Of a DNA stretch of 64,000 nucleotides, positions 31,292 to 41,088 are shown piece by piece (position 1 is the stretch's first letter; every line of letters begins with the position of its first letter). The DNA lies in assembly GCA_963705105.1 (NCBI GenBank), contig CAVPIW010000007.1, positions 292,715-356,714 of the forward strand, in the 5' to 3' direction. Made by a program: the position numbers and the translations under genes. The DNA comes from an uncultured Nitrospiraceae bacterium. GTDB lineage: Bacteria > Nitrospirota > Thermodesulfovibrionia > Thermodesulfovibrionales > Dissulfurispiraceae. The notes beneath the pieces are model-generated. The model was not told the origin of the DNA and made no database searches. It was given only the letters and a program-made list of their open reading frames with translations.

Positions 31292-33535
31292 ATGCCGGGG
31301 AAAGACCATTACGAGAGGGTCCGCGAAGAACTCCTGCGGTCCCTGTCACAGGAATATTTCGATGACGAGGAGAAGGAGGCGATCCTGAGGGACATCGAGT
31401 CCCTCGACAAGCGCTATCGCCGGAAGACCCTCGCCCTCTGCGCGTCCCTCGCCGCGGCGAGCTCCTCTCTCATCCCCCGTGCCCTCAAGCGCATCCGGAA
31501 GGCCTCCAGGAGCCTCCCGCCACGAGATATGGAGCGATGGGTATCCCACGCTTTCGACCTTCTCGAGTCCCAGGGCATCAGCCCTTTCCTCGACTTCCTG
31601 TCCCGGAACGACGAAGAGGCGCTCAACGAGTTCCGGGGAGGGGAAGGCCTGCTTCTCGCCAAGGTCTCACCGAGACTGGAGACGTACGTCCGGGGCATTT
31701 CGGGCATGGAGCTGAAGATCGCACCGTCCGAGGAGACGTACACCGACAGCGAGACCCTTTTCCTGCCGCCGCTGCTCGGCCGCTATGCCGAGCCGGAGAG
31801 AAACCTCCTCTACCTGAAACTCATGGCGATTTATCAGTGGGCCTTCATTGCCAGCGGTTCGCTCGATCCCGGCGAGGACCTGCTGAAACCCTATCTTCGG
31901 GAAAACGGCGACAACCCTGCCGGCCTCATGGGCCTGTTCCGCCTGTTCGACGATGAAAGGCTCGCCCTGGATCTCTACACGGTCATCGAATGTATCCGTC
32001 TCGGCGGGTTCGTGAAGAGAGAGCTTCCGGGTCTTTTCAGGGAAACCTCCTTTATCCTGAAGGACATTCATGACGAGCGCCCGTCCCTGTCCGGCCTGTC
32101 CGGGAAGACCGCTTTTGTCGAGGGGCTCTACCGGTATTTTCTGATGGGGACGATGAGGGGGACCCCGCTGCAGGGGCCCGTGGCCTCCGTTGCGGGTCTT
32201 TTGTCGCAGCGTCCGCTCATTGCCCTGAGTGACTCCCTGGAACTCCTCTTCAGCCTTTACAGGCGCGCTGAGTCCCTCAGCGGACCCTATGAGCCCCATC
32301 TGTTTCCGGTGCCGGGCACGATCAGGCCAGAGCGGATCGCCGCGGCTCTGGATGCCCGTCGTCAGCAGTTGAAGAAGCGCCTGGAGCAGGTCATCTCCAG
32401 GATCATCAACATGCCCGATGTCGAATGGGAACTCCACAAAAAGAAGCTCGACGAGACTCAGGTGGGGCTGCCGGTAAAGAAAGAGGGAGAATATCTCCAG
32501 CTCAAGGGAAGGCTGTTTGAGGTGGATGACGACCTGAAGGAAATCGTGCGGGAGACGCCCTCGGTCTCGGAGGGGGTGCTCATTGACGGAGACTCCGTAA
32601 AGGAAGGCAGCGCGGTCTTCATGCTGAGGGCGGTCATGGAGGACGAGGACGTCAGCGGCGATGACGGAGGAATTCGGTACGATGAGTGGGATTACAGGCG
32701 GGGCGATTACAAGAGCGGATGGTGCACGCTCATCGACAAGGAGATACCTCCCGTTGACGACCCCTTCGTCGAGATGACCCGCCGGCGCTACGGCGGGTAC
32801 ATCAAGACGCTGCGTCGCAAATTCGAGCTCCTCAAGAAAGACCTGAAGATCCTGAGAAGACAGAAGGACGGTGACGATGTCGACATCGACGCCATTGTGG
32901 AGGCTTTTTCCGATCTGAGAGCGGGGCTTTCGCCCAGCCCGAACCTCTTCGTGAAGAGGGACCGCCAGGAAAGGGACATTGCGGCCCTCTTTCTCATCGA
33001 TGTCAGCGGATCGACGAAGGGATGGGTGAACAGGGCCGAGAAGGAGGCCCTCGTCCTCATGTGCGAGGCCCTCGAATCACTGGGCGACCGGTATGCGATC
33101 TACGGGTTTTCGGGGATGACGAGGGCCAAGTGCGAGTATTACCGGGTCAAGAGTTTTGATGAGCCGTACAATGAGACGGTGAAACAGAGGATCGCAGGCA
33201 TCGTCCCGAAGGACTACACGAGGATGGGAGCACCCATCCGGCATTCGACGGGCATCCTGAAGACCGTGGACGCGAAGATCAAGCTCCTGGTCACGCTCAG
33301 CGACGGCAGGCCTGAAGACCGTGACATCTACCGGGGCGATTACGGCATCGAGGACACCCGGAAGGCCCTGACCGAGGCGAAGGAACAGGGCGTCCAGCCC
33401 TTCTGCATCACCATAGACAAGGAGGCGAGCTCCTATCTTCCCCACCTCTTCGGCGAGGTCAACTACATCGTCCTCGACGACGTCCGGAAGCTGCCGAACA
33501 AGATCACGGACATCTACCGGAAGCTCACGACGTAA
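31292..33535 (+). CDS. CbbO/NorD family VWA-domain protein
   Basis: YDEWDY, MIDAS DVSGST, YTRMGAPIRH, LSDGRP, PFCITID. Confidence 0.9.
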   Translation: MPGKDHYERVREELLRSLSQEYFDDEEKEAILRDIESLDKRYRRKTLALCASLAAASSSLIPRALKRIRKASRSLPPRDMERWVSHAFDLLESQGISPFLDFLSRNDEEALNEFRGGEGLLLAKVSPRLETYVRGISGMELKIAPSEETYTDSETLFLPPLLGRYAEPERNLLYLKLMAIYQWAFIASGSLDPGEDLLKPYLRENGDNPAGLMGLFRLFDDERLALDLYTVIECIRLGGFVKRELPGLFRETSFILKDIHDERPSLSGLSGKTAFVEGLYRYFLMGTMRGTPLQGPVASVAGLLSQRPLIALSDSLELLFSLYRRAESLSGPYEPHLFPVPGTIRPERIAAALDARRQQLKKRLEQVISRIINMPDVEWELHKKKLDETQVGLPVKKEGEYLQLKGRLFEVDDDLKEIVRETPSVSEGVLIDGDSVKEGSAVFMLRAVMEDEDVSGDDGGIRYDEWDYRRGDYKSGWCTLIDKEIPPVDDPFVEMTRRRYGGYIKTLRRKFELLKKDLKILRRQKDGDDVDIDAIVEAFSDLRAGLSPSPNLFVKRDRQERDIAALFLIDVSGSTKGWVNRAEKEALVLMCEALESLGDRYAIYGFSGMTRAKCEYYRVKSFDEPYNETVKQRIAGIVPKDYTRMGAPIRHSTGILKTVDAKIKLLVTLSDGRPEDRDIYRGDYGIEDTRKALTEAKEQGVQPFCITIDKEASSYLPHLFGEVNYIVLDDVRKLPNKITDIYRKLTT

Positions 33536-33552
33536 GAGGGTGTCACAGTCAG

Positions 33553-35226
33553 ATGAAGAGCTACACCAATCCGGTCTTTGAGTATCTGCCTTCTCCGGAC
33601 CAGTCTGCTTCGCGGCCCGTTCATCATCCCGTCGTAGTCGTCGGCGCCGGACCGGTGGGCCTGACGACGGCTGCCGACCTTGCACAGCAGGGCGTCCCTG
33701 TGGTTCTCCTGGACGACGACGAGACGGTCAGCGCCGGCTCCCGTGCGGTGTGTTATGCGAAGAGGACGCTGGAAATCCTTGACCGCCTCGGCTGTGGCGA
33801 AGAGGTGGTCCGGAAAGGCGTGCAGTGGAGCGTCGGGAAAGTCTTCTTTCGTGACCGGTCGGTCTGCTCTTTCAATCTCCTTCCCGAGAAGGGGTACAGA
33901 CGGCCGGCTTTCGTCAATCTGCAGCAATACCATCTGGAAGAAATCCTCCTCCAGGCCGCTCTTGGCACCGGGCGCATCGATCTCAGGTGGATGAACAGGG
34001 TCGTCGGTATTCAGCAGACAGACCGTGAAGTGTCTGTCCATATTTTGACCCCTGACGGCTCCTATGATGTAACCTGTGATTGGCTAATAGCATGCGACGG
34101 ATCCAGGAGCCCCGTTCGGCACTCGATGGATCTGAAGAGCATCGGCCGGGTTTACAGAGACCACTTTCTCATCACCGACGTGCTCATGAAGTCGGAGTAT
34201 CCGCCGGAGCGATGGTTCTGGTTCGATCCGCCTTTCAATCCCGGCCGGTCCGCACTTCTCCACAAACAGGCTGACAACGTCTGGCGCATCGACCTGCAGC
34301 TTGGTCCCGATGCGGACCCCGAGGCCGAGAAACAGCCGGAGCGTGTCATGGATCGCCTCAGGTCCATGCTCGGCGAGCGCGAATTCGACATAGAATGGGT
34401 AAGTGTCTATACCTTTACGTGCAGGCGTCTCGAGAAGTTTCGCCACGGGAGGGTGATATTTGCCGGGGATGCGGCGCACCAGGTGAGCCCTTTCGGGGCG
34501 AGAGGCGCAAACTCCGGCATACAGGATGCCGACAACCTGGGCTGGAAGCTCGGGCTTGTCATGAGCGGATCGGCGCCGGACCGGCTCCTCGATACCTACT
34601 CTGACGAGAGGACTGTCGCAGCCGACGAGAACATTCATCATGCCATGCGGAGTGCCGAGTTCATCACACCGCACAGCGAGACCTCCCGGCTGTTCCGCGA
34701 TGCCGTGCTTCACCTTGCGGTGACGTATCCCTTTGCCCGCCCCCTGATCAACTCGGGAAGACTCTCCGTGCCTGCCGTCCTTCGGAATTCACCGCTTAAC
34801 ACGCCCGACGACGGCCTGTTTGCCGGTGGTCTTGTTCCCGGCATGCCGGCTCTCGATGGGCCTGTCACTGTGGACGGCGGGAGCCGGTGGCTCCTTGAAT
34901 TTCTCGGAAGTTCCTTCTGCGGTATGTATTTCAGTTCCGGCAACGTGACGGAGGACATGAGCGTCCTCAGGCAGGTAAAAAGCTTGACTCAAGAGCGGAT
35001 CCCGGTCCTGCCGCTGCTCATTAATCCTCAAGGCGCTCCGGTGGTAGAGGAGACGGGAAACAACACCATTATTGAGGACTCACAGGGTTTTGTCAAAGAA
35101 CGCTACGCCGCCCTGCCGGGCGCCTTTTACCTGCTGAGGCCAGACCAGCACGTCTGTGCACGATGGCGGCGGTTTGACCTCAAAAGCGCGTGGAGGGCCG
35201 TGGCCAGGGCGACGTGTAATGACTGA
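33553..35226 (+). CDS. FAD-dependent monooxygenase (MhpA-like)
   Basis: GAGPVG, ACDGSRS, GDAAH..SPFGARGANSG, LLRPDQHV. Confidence 0.9.
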   Translation: MKSYTNPVFEYLPSPDQSASRPVHHPVVVVGAGPVGLTTAADLAQQGVPVVLLDDDETVSAGSRAVCYAKRTLEILDRLGCGEEVVRKGVQWSVGKVFFRDRSVCSFNLLPEKGYRRPAFVNLQQYHLEEILLQAALGTGRIDLRWMNRVVGIQQTDREVSVHILTPDGSYDVTCDWLIACDGSRSPVRHSMDLKSIGRVYRDHFLITDVLMKSEYPPERWFWFDPPFNPGRSALLHKQADNVWRIDLQLGPDADPEAEKQPERVMDRLRSMLGEREFDIEWVSVYTFTCRRLEKFRHGRVIFAGDAAHQVSPFGARGANSGIQDADNLGWKLGLVMSGSAPDRLLDTYSDERTVAADENIHHAMRSAEFITPHSETSRLFRDAVLHLAVTYPFARPLINSGRLSVPAVLRNSPLNTPDDGLFAGGLVPGMPALDGPVTVDGGSRWLLEFLGSSFCGMYFSSGNVTEDMSVLRQVKSLTQERIPVLPLLINPQGAPVVEETGNNTIIEDSQGFVKERYAALPGAFYLLRPDQHVCARWRRFDLKSAWRAVARATCND

Positions 35227-35270
35227 ATCTTATCGTTACATACACCCGCCTTTCCATACAACTGCAGGAT
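35227..35270. repeat. Collapsed/minimal palindromic element E9 (ends only, 44 bp)
   Basis: atcttatcgttacataca joined directly to cccgcctttccatacaactgcagg. Confidence 0.7.
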
Positions 35271-35282
35271 GAGGAGGATACC

Positions 35283-35477
35283 ATGTCGCTCAATACCGAA
35301 CCGAATCTCGCCGAACCTGATGACTTCTACGAGCATCTCCTCATGATGCATCAGGGACTCAGTGAAGAACAGAGCCGGCTCGTCAACGCAAAACTCATAC
35401 TGATCCTTGCCAACCATATCGGAAACCTGGAGGTGCTCAGGGAGGCCATGGCGGCCGCCCGAGCTGGAATGGAATGA
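35283..35477 (+). CDS. DUF2783 family protein
   Basis: LNTEPN...PDDFYE.L...H.GLS.EQS...NAKLILILANHIG; usual neighbour of this monooxygenase family. Confidence 0.85.
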   Translation: MSLNTEPNLAEPDDFYEHLLMMHQGLSEEQSRLVNAKLILILANHIGNLEVLREAMAAARAGME

Positions 35478-35645
35478 ATGACGTGCCCTGTCTTGCTGAT
35501 GATGAAACGATAATGCTTGCCCCTTTCTGCGACAAGAAACATCGCACCTGACCTCCCTGACAAAATAATTATTGCGAACATAGTTGACAAAATAAAACAT
35601 GCCAACTATAATAACAATAAATATTTTGTCAAAAGTGGAGAAGGC

Positions 35646-36815
35646 ATGAAGAACAAAGTAGGTCCGGCGGTAAGCGGTGTCGATTTCTTCGATAGACCTC
35701 GGGAAATCAAGAAGATACTGAGGGCTCTGGAGTCGGAGACGAATGTCCTAATCTCTTCGCCGCGAAGAGTCGGCAAGACATCGATCCTCTACCGGTTGGC
35801 CGATACGGCAGAGGATAACTACCACTTCATCTATGTGATCACACAATCTGTGAACACAGAGAGTGCTTTCTACAAGCGACTGTCCGACGCGATCCTGAAA
35901 AGTGATTCCTTGACGAGCAGCGCCACAAGGGTCAGCAGCAAGACCAGGGATTTTCTCAAAAAAACAATTGATAGGATCAAGAGCGTCAAGGGGGTAGAAT
36001 TGAACCCCGGGGTTGAAACTGATTACAGGGAGCGCTTCATCGGCATTTTGAAGTCACTTCAACTGGACGGCGCCAAGATCGTGCTGATGATCGATGAGTT
36101 CACACAAACGATTGAGAATATCATGCGAAAAGAGGGCGAGGCCAAGGCTATTCACTTCCTTCAATCCATGCGCGAGATAAGGCAAGATGAAGAGATGCGC
36201 AAGGAGGTGCTCTTCATCCTCACAGGTTCTGTCGGCCTTGAGAATATCGTTGCCCGTCTGGCTTCAGTGGATCTCATTGCTGATTTGAACTCCGTGAAGG
36301 TAAATCCCCTCTCGGAGAAAGAAGCCAAGGAAATGATCCACGCGATTTTCAAGGCCACCGCCCTCTCAATCGGCGATGAACAAATCTCTTATGTGCTGGA
36401 GAAAATTGAATGGTTCATCCCTTTCTACATCCAGCTTTTTGTTCAGGAGTTGACTAATGTTTGTGCTGATAAGGAAACGTCCAGGGTCACAAAACCGATG
36501 ATTGACACCTCTTTCAAAGAGATGCTGAAGCACCGCAACCATTTTGAGCACTGGCAGACACGGCTCAAGAAATCGTTCAAGAAGGAAGCTTATAAGTTCG
36601 CGGAGGAAGTCCTGAGCGTAGCAGCGAGAAAGAAGGCAATCACCGCCAACGAGATATTGAACCTCGCCGTGAGGTTCGATGTGGAAGAAAAGTATAAGCC
36701 TATAATTCACGCACTCATGTACGACGGCTATGTCAACAACAACGACGATCCGGCAGTATACCGGTTCAACTCTCCCATCCTGAGGGCATGGTGGTATGAA
36801 AACGTTGCCTACTAA
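35646..36815 (+). CDS. P-loop ATPase (STAND/archaeal ATPase-like)
   Basis: FFDR..E, SPRRVGKTS, VLMIDEF, LTGS, PFYIQL; RBS GGAGAAGG before ATG 35646. Confidence 0.85.
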   Translation: MKNKVGPAVSGVDFFDRPREIKKILRALESETNVLISSPRRVGKTSILYRLADTAEDNYHFIYVITQSVNTESAFYKRLSDAILKSDSLTSSATRVSSKTRDFLKKTIDRIKSVKGVELNPGVETDYRERFIGILKSLQLDGAKIVLMIDEFTQTIENIMRKEGEAKAIHFLQSMREIRQDEEMRKEVLFILTGSVGLENIVARLASVDLIADLNSVKVNPLSEKEAKEMIHAIFKATALSIGDEQISYVLEKIEWFIPFYIQLFVQELTNVCADKETSRVTKPMIDTSFKEMLKHRNHFEHWQTRLKKSFKKEAYKFAEEVLSVAARKKAITANEILNLAVRFDVEEKYKPIIHALMYDGYVNNNDDPAVYRFNSPILRAWWYENVAY

Positions 36816-39012
36816 GGTCGCCTATATCTACAACCCCGACAGCCAGTCGCCGGACGAGCTCATCGCGAACTTCGTCATCAGGATCAAAGAATTCCAGACC
36901 GTTTTTCGAGACATCAAGAGCTCACCCATGGAGAATCCCGAGCAGCATCACATCATTCAGGGACCGCGGGGCTCAGGCAAGACGACACTTCTTCTGAGGG
37001 TCTACTATGAGATTAGGAATGACCCCCAACTGTCTCAGTGGCTCGTCCCGATCATGTTCAGTGAGGAGCAGTATCACATACGAAGCCTGAGCAGGCTGTG
37101 GGAGAGCGCGGCAGAACTTCTTGATGAATATGACGAGTTCAAAGGTATCTACGACATTTTCGAGGATGCCAGGGACGGGGCGGATTACGAGGATATCTGT
37201 TTCGGCCTGCTCTCAAGGGCCCTGAAGGAGCAAGGGAAGAAGTTAGTCCTCTTCATAGACAACATAGGCGACATGCTCGACAGACTGAGCGAGACAGAGC
37301 ACCACAGGCTCCGGGAGATCCTTCTGACGTCCCCGGACATCAGAATGGTCGGAGCGTCATCTGTTACCCTTGAATCAACCTACGACTATTCGAAGCCTTT
37401 TTTTGATTTCTTCAAATTCATTCAATTGGGCGGTCTTGACCGGGAGGAGACAAACTGCCTCCTTTTGAACCTCGGCGAGACCTACGATAAGACTGGGATA
37501 GAGAACATAATCAAGAACCAGCCCGAGCGCGTCGAGATACTGCGGCGCCTTGCAGGCGGCATCCCCAGGACGATCATACTGCTCTTTGAGATCTTTGCCG
37601 ATCACAAGAGCGGGGATTCCATCAAAGACCTGGAGATCGTCCTTGACAGAGTCACGCCACTTTACAAACACCGGATGGAAAACCTCCCTTATCAGCAGCA
37701 GGAGATCGTGGATGTCATGGCGCTTAACTGGGATGCCCTGAGCACCGGCGACATAGCCAGGAAGATACGGATGGAGAGCAAGGCGGTTTCAGCCCAGCTT
37801 AAGCAGCTTGAGAAAAGCAGGATGGTCCATAAGATCCGGACTGACACCAAGAACTATCTTTATCAGATCACGGAGAGGTTCTTCAACATCTGGTATCTCA
37901 TGAGATACGGCAGGATAAGGGACAGAAACAAAGTCCTATGGCTCGTGAAGTTCATGCAGGAGTGGTGCAGCAAGGAGGATTTGCTGGAGAGAGCGAAACA
38001 ACATTTGGTGGCGCTTACGAGGAAGGGCTACCACCCCGGCCACGCTTTTTACATGACGGAAGCGCTTGCAAGGACGGAACTGCCTTGGGAGCTGCAACAC
38101 CAGATTATAACGAAGACGAGAGACTTCCTGGGAGAGAAAGACAAGGGTCTGCTCAAAGAGCTTTCAGAGTCGGATGAGGAACTCTTTGTGTCGGCGGGAA
38201 AGAACTTCAGTGAACAAAAGTACAAAAAGTGCCTCAGCCTTTTAAATAAAATCAGAATCAAGAATGCGGCAGTCTACTATGCTTGCGGTGATACTTGTCG
38301 TAAGCTTAATGACTATAAGAAGGCCGAAGAGTATTACCTGAAGGCAGTTGAAAAGGGTCATGTGAGAGCCTTGACTGCCCTTGGAGTTGTCTACGTTGAG
38401 CGTCAGGATCACGGCAAGACAGAGGAGTATTTCCTGAAGGCCGTCGATAAGGGGGACAATAGAGCATTGTCTTTTCTTGGCCTTTTCTACGCGGGGCGCA
38501 AAGAATACGACAAGGCAGAGGAGTATTGCCTGAAGGCTATCGACAAAGGTGACATCAAGGCTGGAGCCGGTCTGGCATTTATGTACTTCACTCAGAAAAA
38601 AAATAAGCGAAAAGCACTTGAATACATGGAAACGGCTGTTGGGGCACTTGAGTCGACGGTCGAATTGAAGCTCATCTTAAGTCATCTTCTCATCTGGAAC
38701 GACCAAATAGAAAAGGCAATAAAGCATCTTAACGAGGCTATTGCTTATGACAGCCCCAGTGAACAATACAACGATATGATCATGTTTTGCCTGCTGCTCC
38801 TCATGGCGAAGAAGCAATACTATCTCACGTTGAGGCTGTTTGAGGACAAGCGGTACAGCCTTAAGGACAGGTTCAAACCCATCTATTTCGCTCTCATGTA
38901 TTTCATGCAGGACGAGTTCCCGAATGAAAACAGAAAAATAGGAGAGGAGCTGCGCGAGACCGTCGAGGAAATCATTGAAAAGATCAACCGGCTGAGCGCT
39001 GACTACGCATAG
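36796..39012 (+). CDS. P-loop ATPase-HTH-Sel1/TPR repeat protein
   Basis: GPRGSGKT, LFIDN, GGIPR, HTH-like (STGDIARKIRMESKAVSAQLKQL), three KAEEY.LKA..KG repeats. Confidence 0.85.
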   Translation: MKTLPTKVAYIYNPDSQSPDELIANFVIRIKEFQTVFRDIKSSPMENPEQHHIIQGPRGSGKTTLLLRVYYEIRNDPQLSQWLVPIMFSEEQYHIRSLSRLWESAAELLDEYDEFKGIYDIFEDARDGADYEDICFGLLSRALKEQGKKLVLFIDNIGDMLDRLSETEHHRLREILLTSPDIRMVGASSVTLESTYDYSKPFFDFFKFIQLGGLDREETNCLLLNLGETYDKTGIENIIKNQPERVEILRRLAGGIPRTIILLFEIFADHKSGDSIKDLEIVLDRVTPLYKHRMENLPYQQQEIVDVMALNWDALSTGDIARKIRMESKAVSAQLKQLEKSRMVHKIRTDTKNYLYQITERFFNIWYLMRYGRIRDRNKVLWLVKFMQEWCSKEDLLERAKQHLVALTRKGYHPGHAFYMTEALARTELPWELQHQIITKTRDFLGEKDKGLLKELSESDEELFVSAGKNFSEQKYKKCLSLLNKIRIKNAAVYYACGDTCRKLNDYKKAEEYYLKAVEKGHVRALTALGVVYVERQDHGKTEEYFLKAVDKGDNRALSFLGLFYAGRKEYDKAEEYCLKAIDKGDIKAGAGLAFMYFTQKKNKRKALEYMETAVGALESTVELKLILSHLLIWNDQIEKAIKHLNEAIAYDSPSEQYNDMIMFCLLLLMAKKQYYLTLRLFEDKRYSLKDRFKPIYFALMYFMQDEFPNENRKIGEELRETVEEIIEKINRLSADYA

Positions 39013-39146
39013 AAAGAAGTGCCCACAGAGGACGAGGATGCCCGTTTGTCATTCTCGTCCTCCCTGAAAATTATCAACATAAAGCGGCTGCAACGGGGAG
39101 TTGGGAGGGGTTAAGGACTTCACACATTGCACAATGGCGGAAAGAG

Positions 39147-39219
39147 TGGGCAGTGAGAGAATCGAACTCCCGACACGGGGCTTTTCAGGCCCCTGCTCTA
39201 CCGACTGAGCTAACTGCCC
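39147..39219 (-). tRNA. tRNA-Phe (GAA)
   Basis: GGGCAGT acceptor stem, TAGCTCAGTCGGTAGAGCA D arm, GGGGC-CTGAAAA-GCCCC anticodon arm, GTTCGATT T loop; CCA not encoded. Confidence 0.97.
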
Positions 39220-39763
39220 GATCTATAAAAATAAATCTTCAAAGCCTCAAAAGTCAACCTTGACGACCTCCCAAAAAGCCCGGCACAGCACGCGCCTGTC
39301 ATCCCCGTGCAGACGGGAATACAGTATTTTCAGGCAGTTTTTTGCAATCAGGATACCCGCCTTCATTCACGAAAAAAGCCGGCACGACGCCTTGCCGCCG
39401 TGGAGCGGCAGTAGGGCCGTTTCCCGGCAGCGGCATCAAATCTCCCTCCCGTAGTGAACTTTCTCATTGTATCACAGGACAGTGACAGCGCTGTTCGGAA
39501 AACGTGTCATATCAACATTTTTCAGGGGTCATCACACATTTGTCGGCAGGAGTGTTATACTGTCCGCGATTAGACCGTTTTTGGGCAGCAATTATATACA
39601 ATATATACCTGTAATTGTTAAAATACATGTTGATGTGTTTACAAACAGCGAACATGGTGAGCTGTATCTGTTCTGACCGGCATGACGGAGGTCCCGCCGG
39701 GTCTTTTCGGAATGGCGCTGCGGAACGGGGCGGGTCACCAGGAAGCACGCAAGGAGGATATTG

Positions 39764-40624
39764 ATGAAGGGCAACATTCTCGTTGTTGACGACGAGGAAG
39801 TCGTTCTCAAGAGCTGTGAACGACTCCTGGGGTCGGAGGGTTTCGACGTCGACACTGCGAGTTCGGCGATAGATGCATTGGGGCTGCTTGACAGGAAGAA
39901 GTACGACCTGATCCTGACCGACATAAAGATGCCGGAGATGGACGGCCTTCAGTTCATGAGGGCCGTGCGGGGGAAGAATCCCGACATCAATATCGTGGTG
40001 ATCACGGGGTATCCGTCCCAGGATACCCTCAAGGAGTCGCTCAGTCTCAGGATCGTCGACTATGTTCCGAAGCCCTTTTCCCCGGCCCTCCTGCTTGAGG
40101 TCACGCACAGGGCCGTCAACCTGAAAAAGCGGGGCATCGCGCCGGAGCCGCAGGTGGAGGACTTCACCAATGAGGTGGCGGCGAAGCTCGACGAGGTCAT
40201 TGTGCGGTACAAGGACAAGCCGGGTAGTCTCATCCCCGTGCTCCAGGAGGCGCAGGAACTCGTCGGCTACCTTCCGCCGGTCGTCCAGCGCCACGTCGCC
40301 AAGGGTCTGAATATGCCTGTGAGCGCCGTTCACGGCGTCGTGTCGTTCTACTCCTTCTTCACCATGAAGCCGAGAGGCCGGCACAATGTGCGGGTCTGCC
40401 TCGGCACGGCCTGCTACGTCAAGGGGGCGGAAGACATCGTCAAGAACCTGAGCGATGGGCTGAAGATATCCGTCGGCGGCATAACCGATGACAAGAAATT
40501 TTCCCTCGAGGCGGTCCGGTGTCTCGGCGCCTGCGGCCTGGCGCCGGTGGTCATGGTGGGCAAGGACACGTATGGTTCCGTCAAGGCGATCAAGGTTCTC
40601 GATCTGCTGAAGGATTACGAGTAA
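39764..40624 (+). CDS. Receiver domain fused to a NuoE/HydC-like [2Fe-2S] subunit
   Basis: ILVVDDE...TDIKMP...ITGY...KPF, then LIPVLQEAQ...FYSFF...VCLGTACYVKG...RCLGACGLAP. Confidence 0.9.
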   Translation: MKGNILVVDDEEVVLKSCERLLGSEGFDVDTASSAIDALGLLDRKKYDLILTDIKMPEMDGLQFMRAVRGKNPDINIVVITGYPSQDTLKESLSLRIVDYVPKPFSPALLLEVTHRAVNLKKRGIAPEPQVEDFTNEVAAKLDEVIVRYKDKPGSLIPVLQEAQELVGYLPPVVQRHVAKGLNMPVSAVHGVVSFYSFFTMKPRGRHNVRVCLGTACYVKGAEDIVKNLSDGLKISVGGITDDKKFSLEAVRCLGACGLAPVVMVGKDTYGSVKAIKVLDLLKDYE

Positions 40625-40636
40625 GAGGAGGAAAAC

Positions 40637-41020
40637 ATGCCGAGAGTGTCGATCGATGATTTGAATATGATAAAGGAGAAGGTCCGGGAGTCCTTTGCCC
40701 TCCGGGAGGGAGGCAACAGGGCGAAAATCACTGTGCACATGGGTACCTGCGGAGAGGCTGCCGGTGCGAGGAAGGTCATGGCGGCCCTGCTTGACGAGAT
40801 GGAGCAGAAGGGCGTGAAAGACGTGATCGTGACCACGTCGGGCTGTGCGGGGTTCTGCAGCAGGGAGCCGATGGTGACGGTGGAGATGCTCAACGAGCCT
40901 CCCGTCAAATATGTATATCTTAACGATGAAAAGATGAGGAAGGTCTTCCAGGAGCACATCGTCGGCAACAAAATCGTCGAAGAGTATGCCCTGGCCGTCG
41001 GGAACGAGATCGGCTATTAG
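40637..41020 (+). CDS. Thioredoxin-like [2Fe-2S] ferredoxin (HndB-like)
   Basis: HMGTCGEAAGA...SGCAGFCSREP. Confidence 0.85.
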   Translation: MPRVSIDDLNMIKEKVRESFALREGGNRAKITVHMGTCGEAAGARKVMAALLDEMEQKGVKDVIVTTSGCAGFCSREPMVTVEMLNEPPVKYVYLNDEKMRKVFQEHIVGNKIVEEYALAVGNEIGY

Positions 41021-41088
41021 CGGCCCCGACTTTACGGACGTATGAGCAACCCCGCGGCGAAGGCCGTCGGGGGTTTTGAGGAGGAACA

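Noticed and set aside
35480..39219. Complete tRNA-integrated island or prophage
   Set aside because: No integrase, phage genes or duplicated tRNA 3' end seen by eye.
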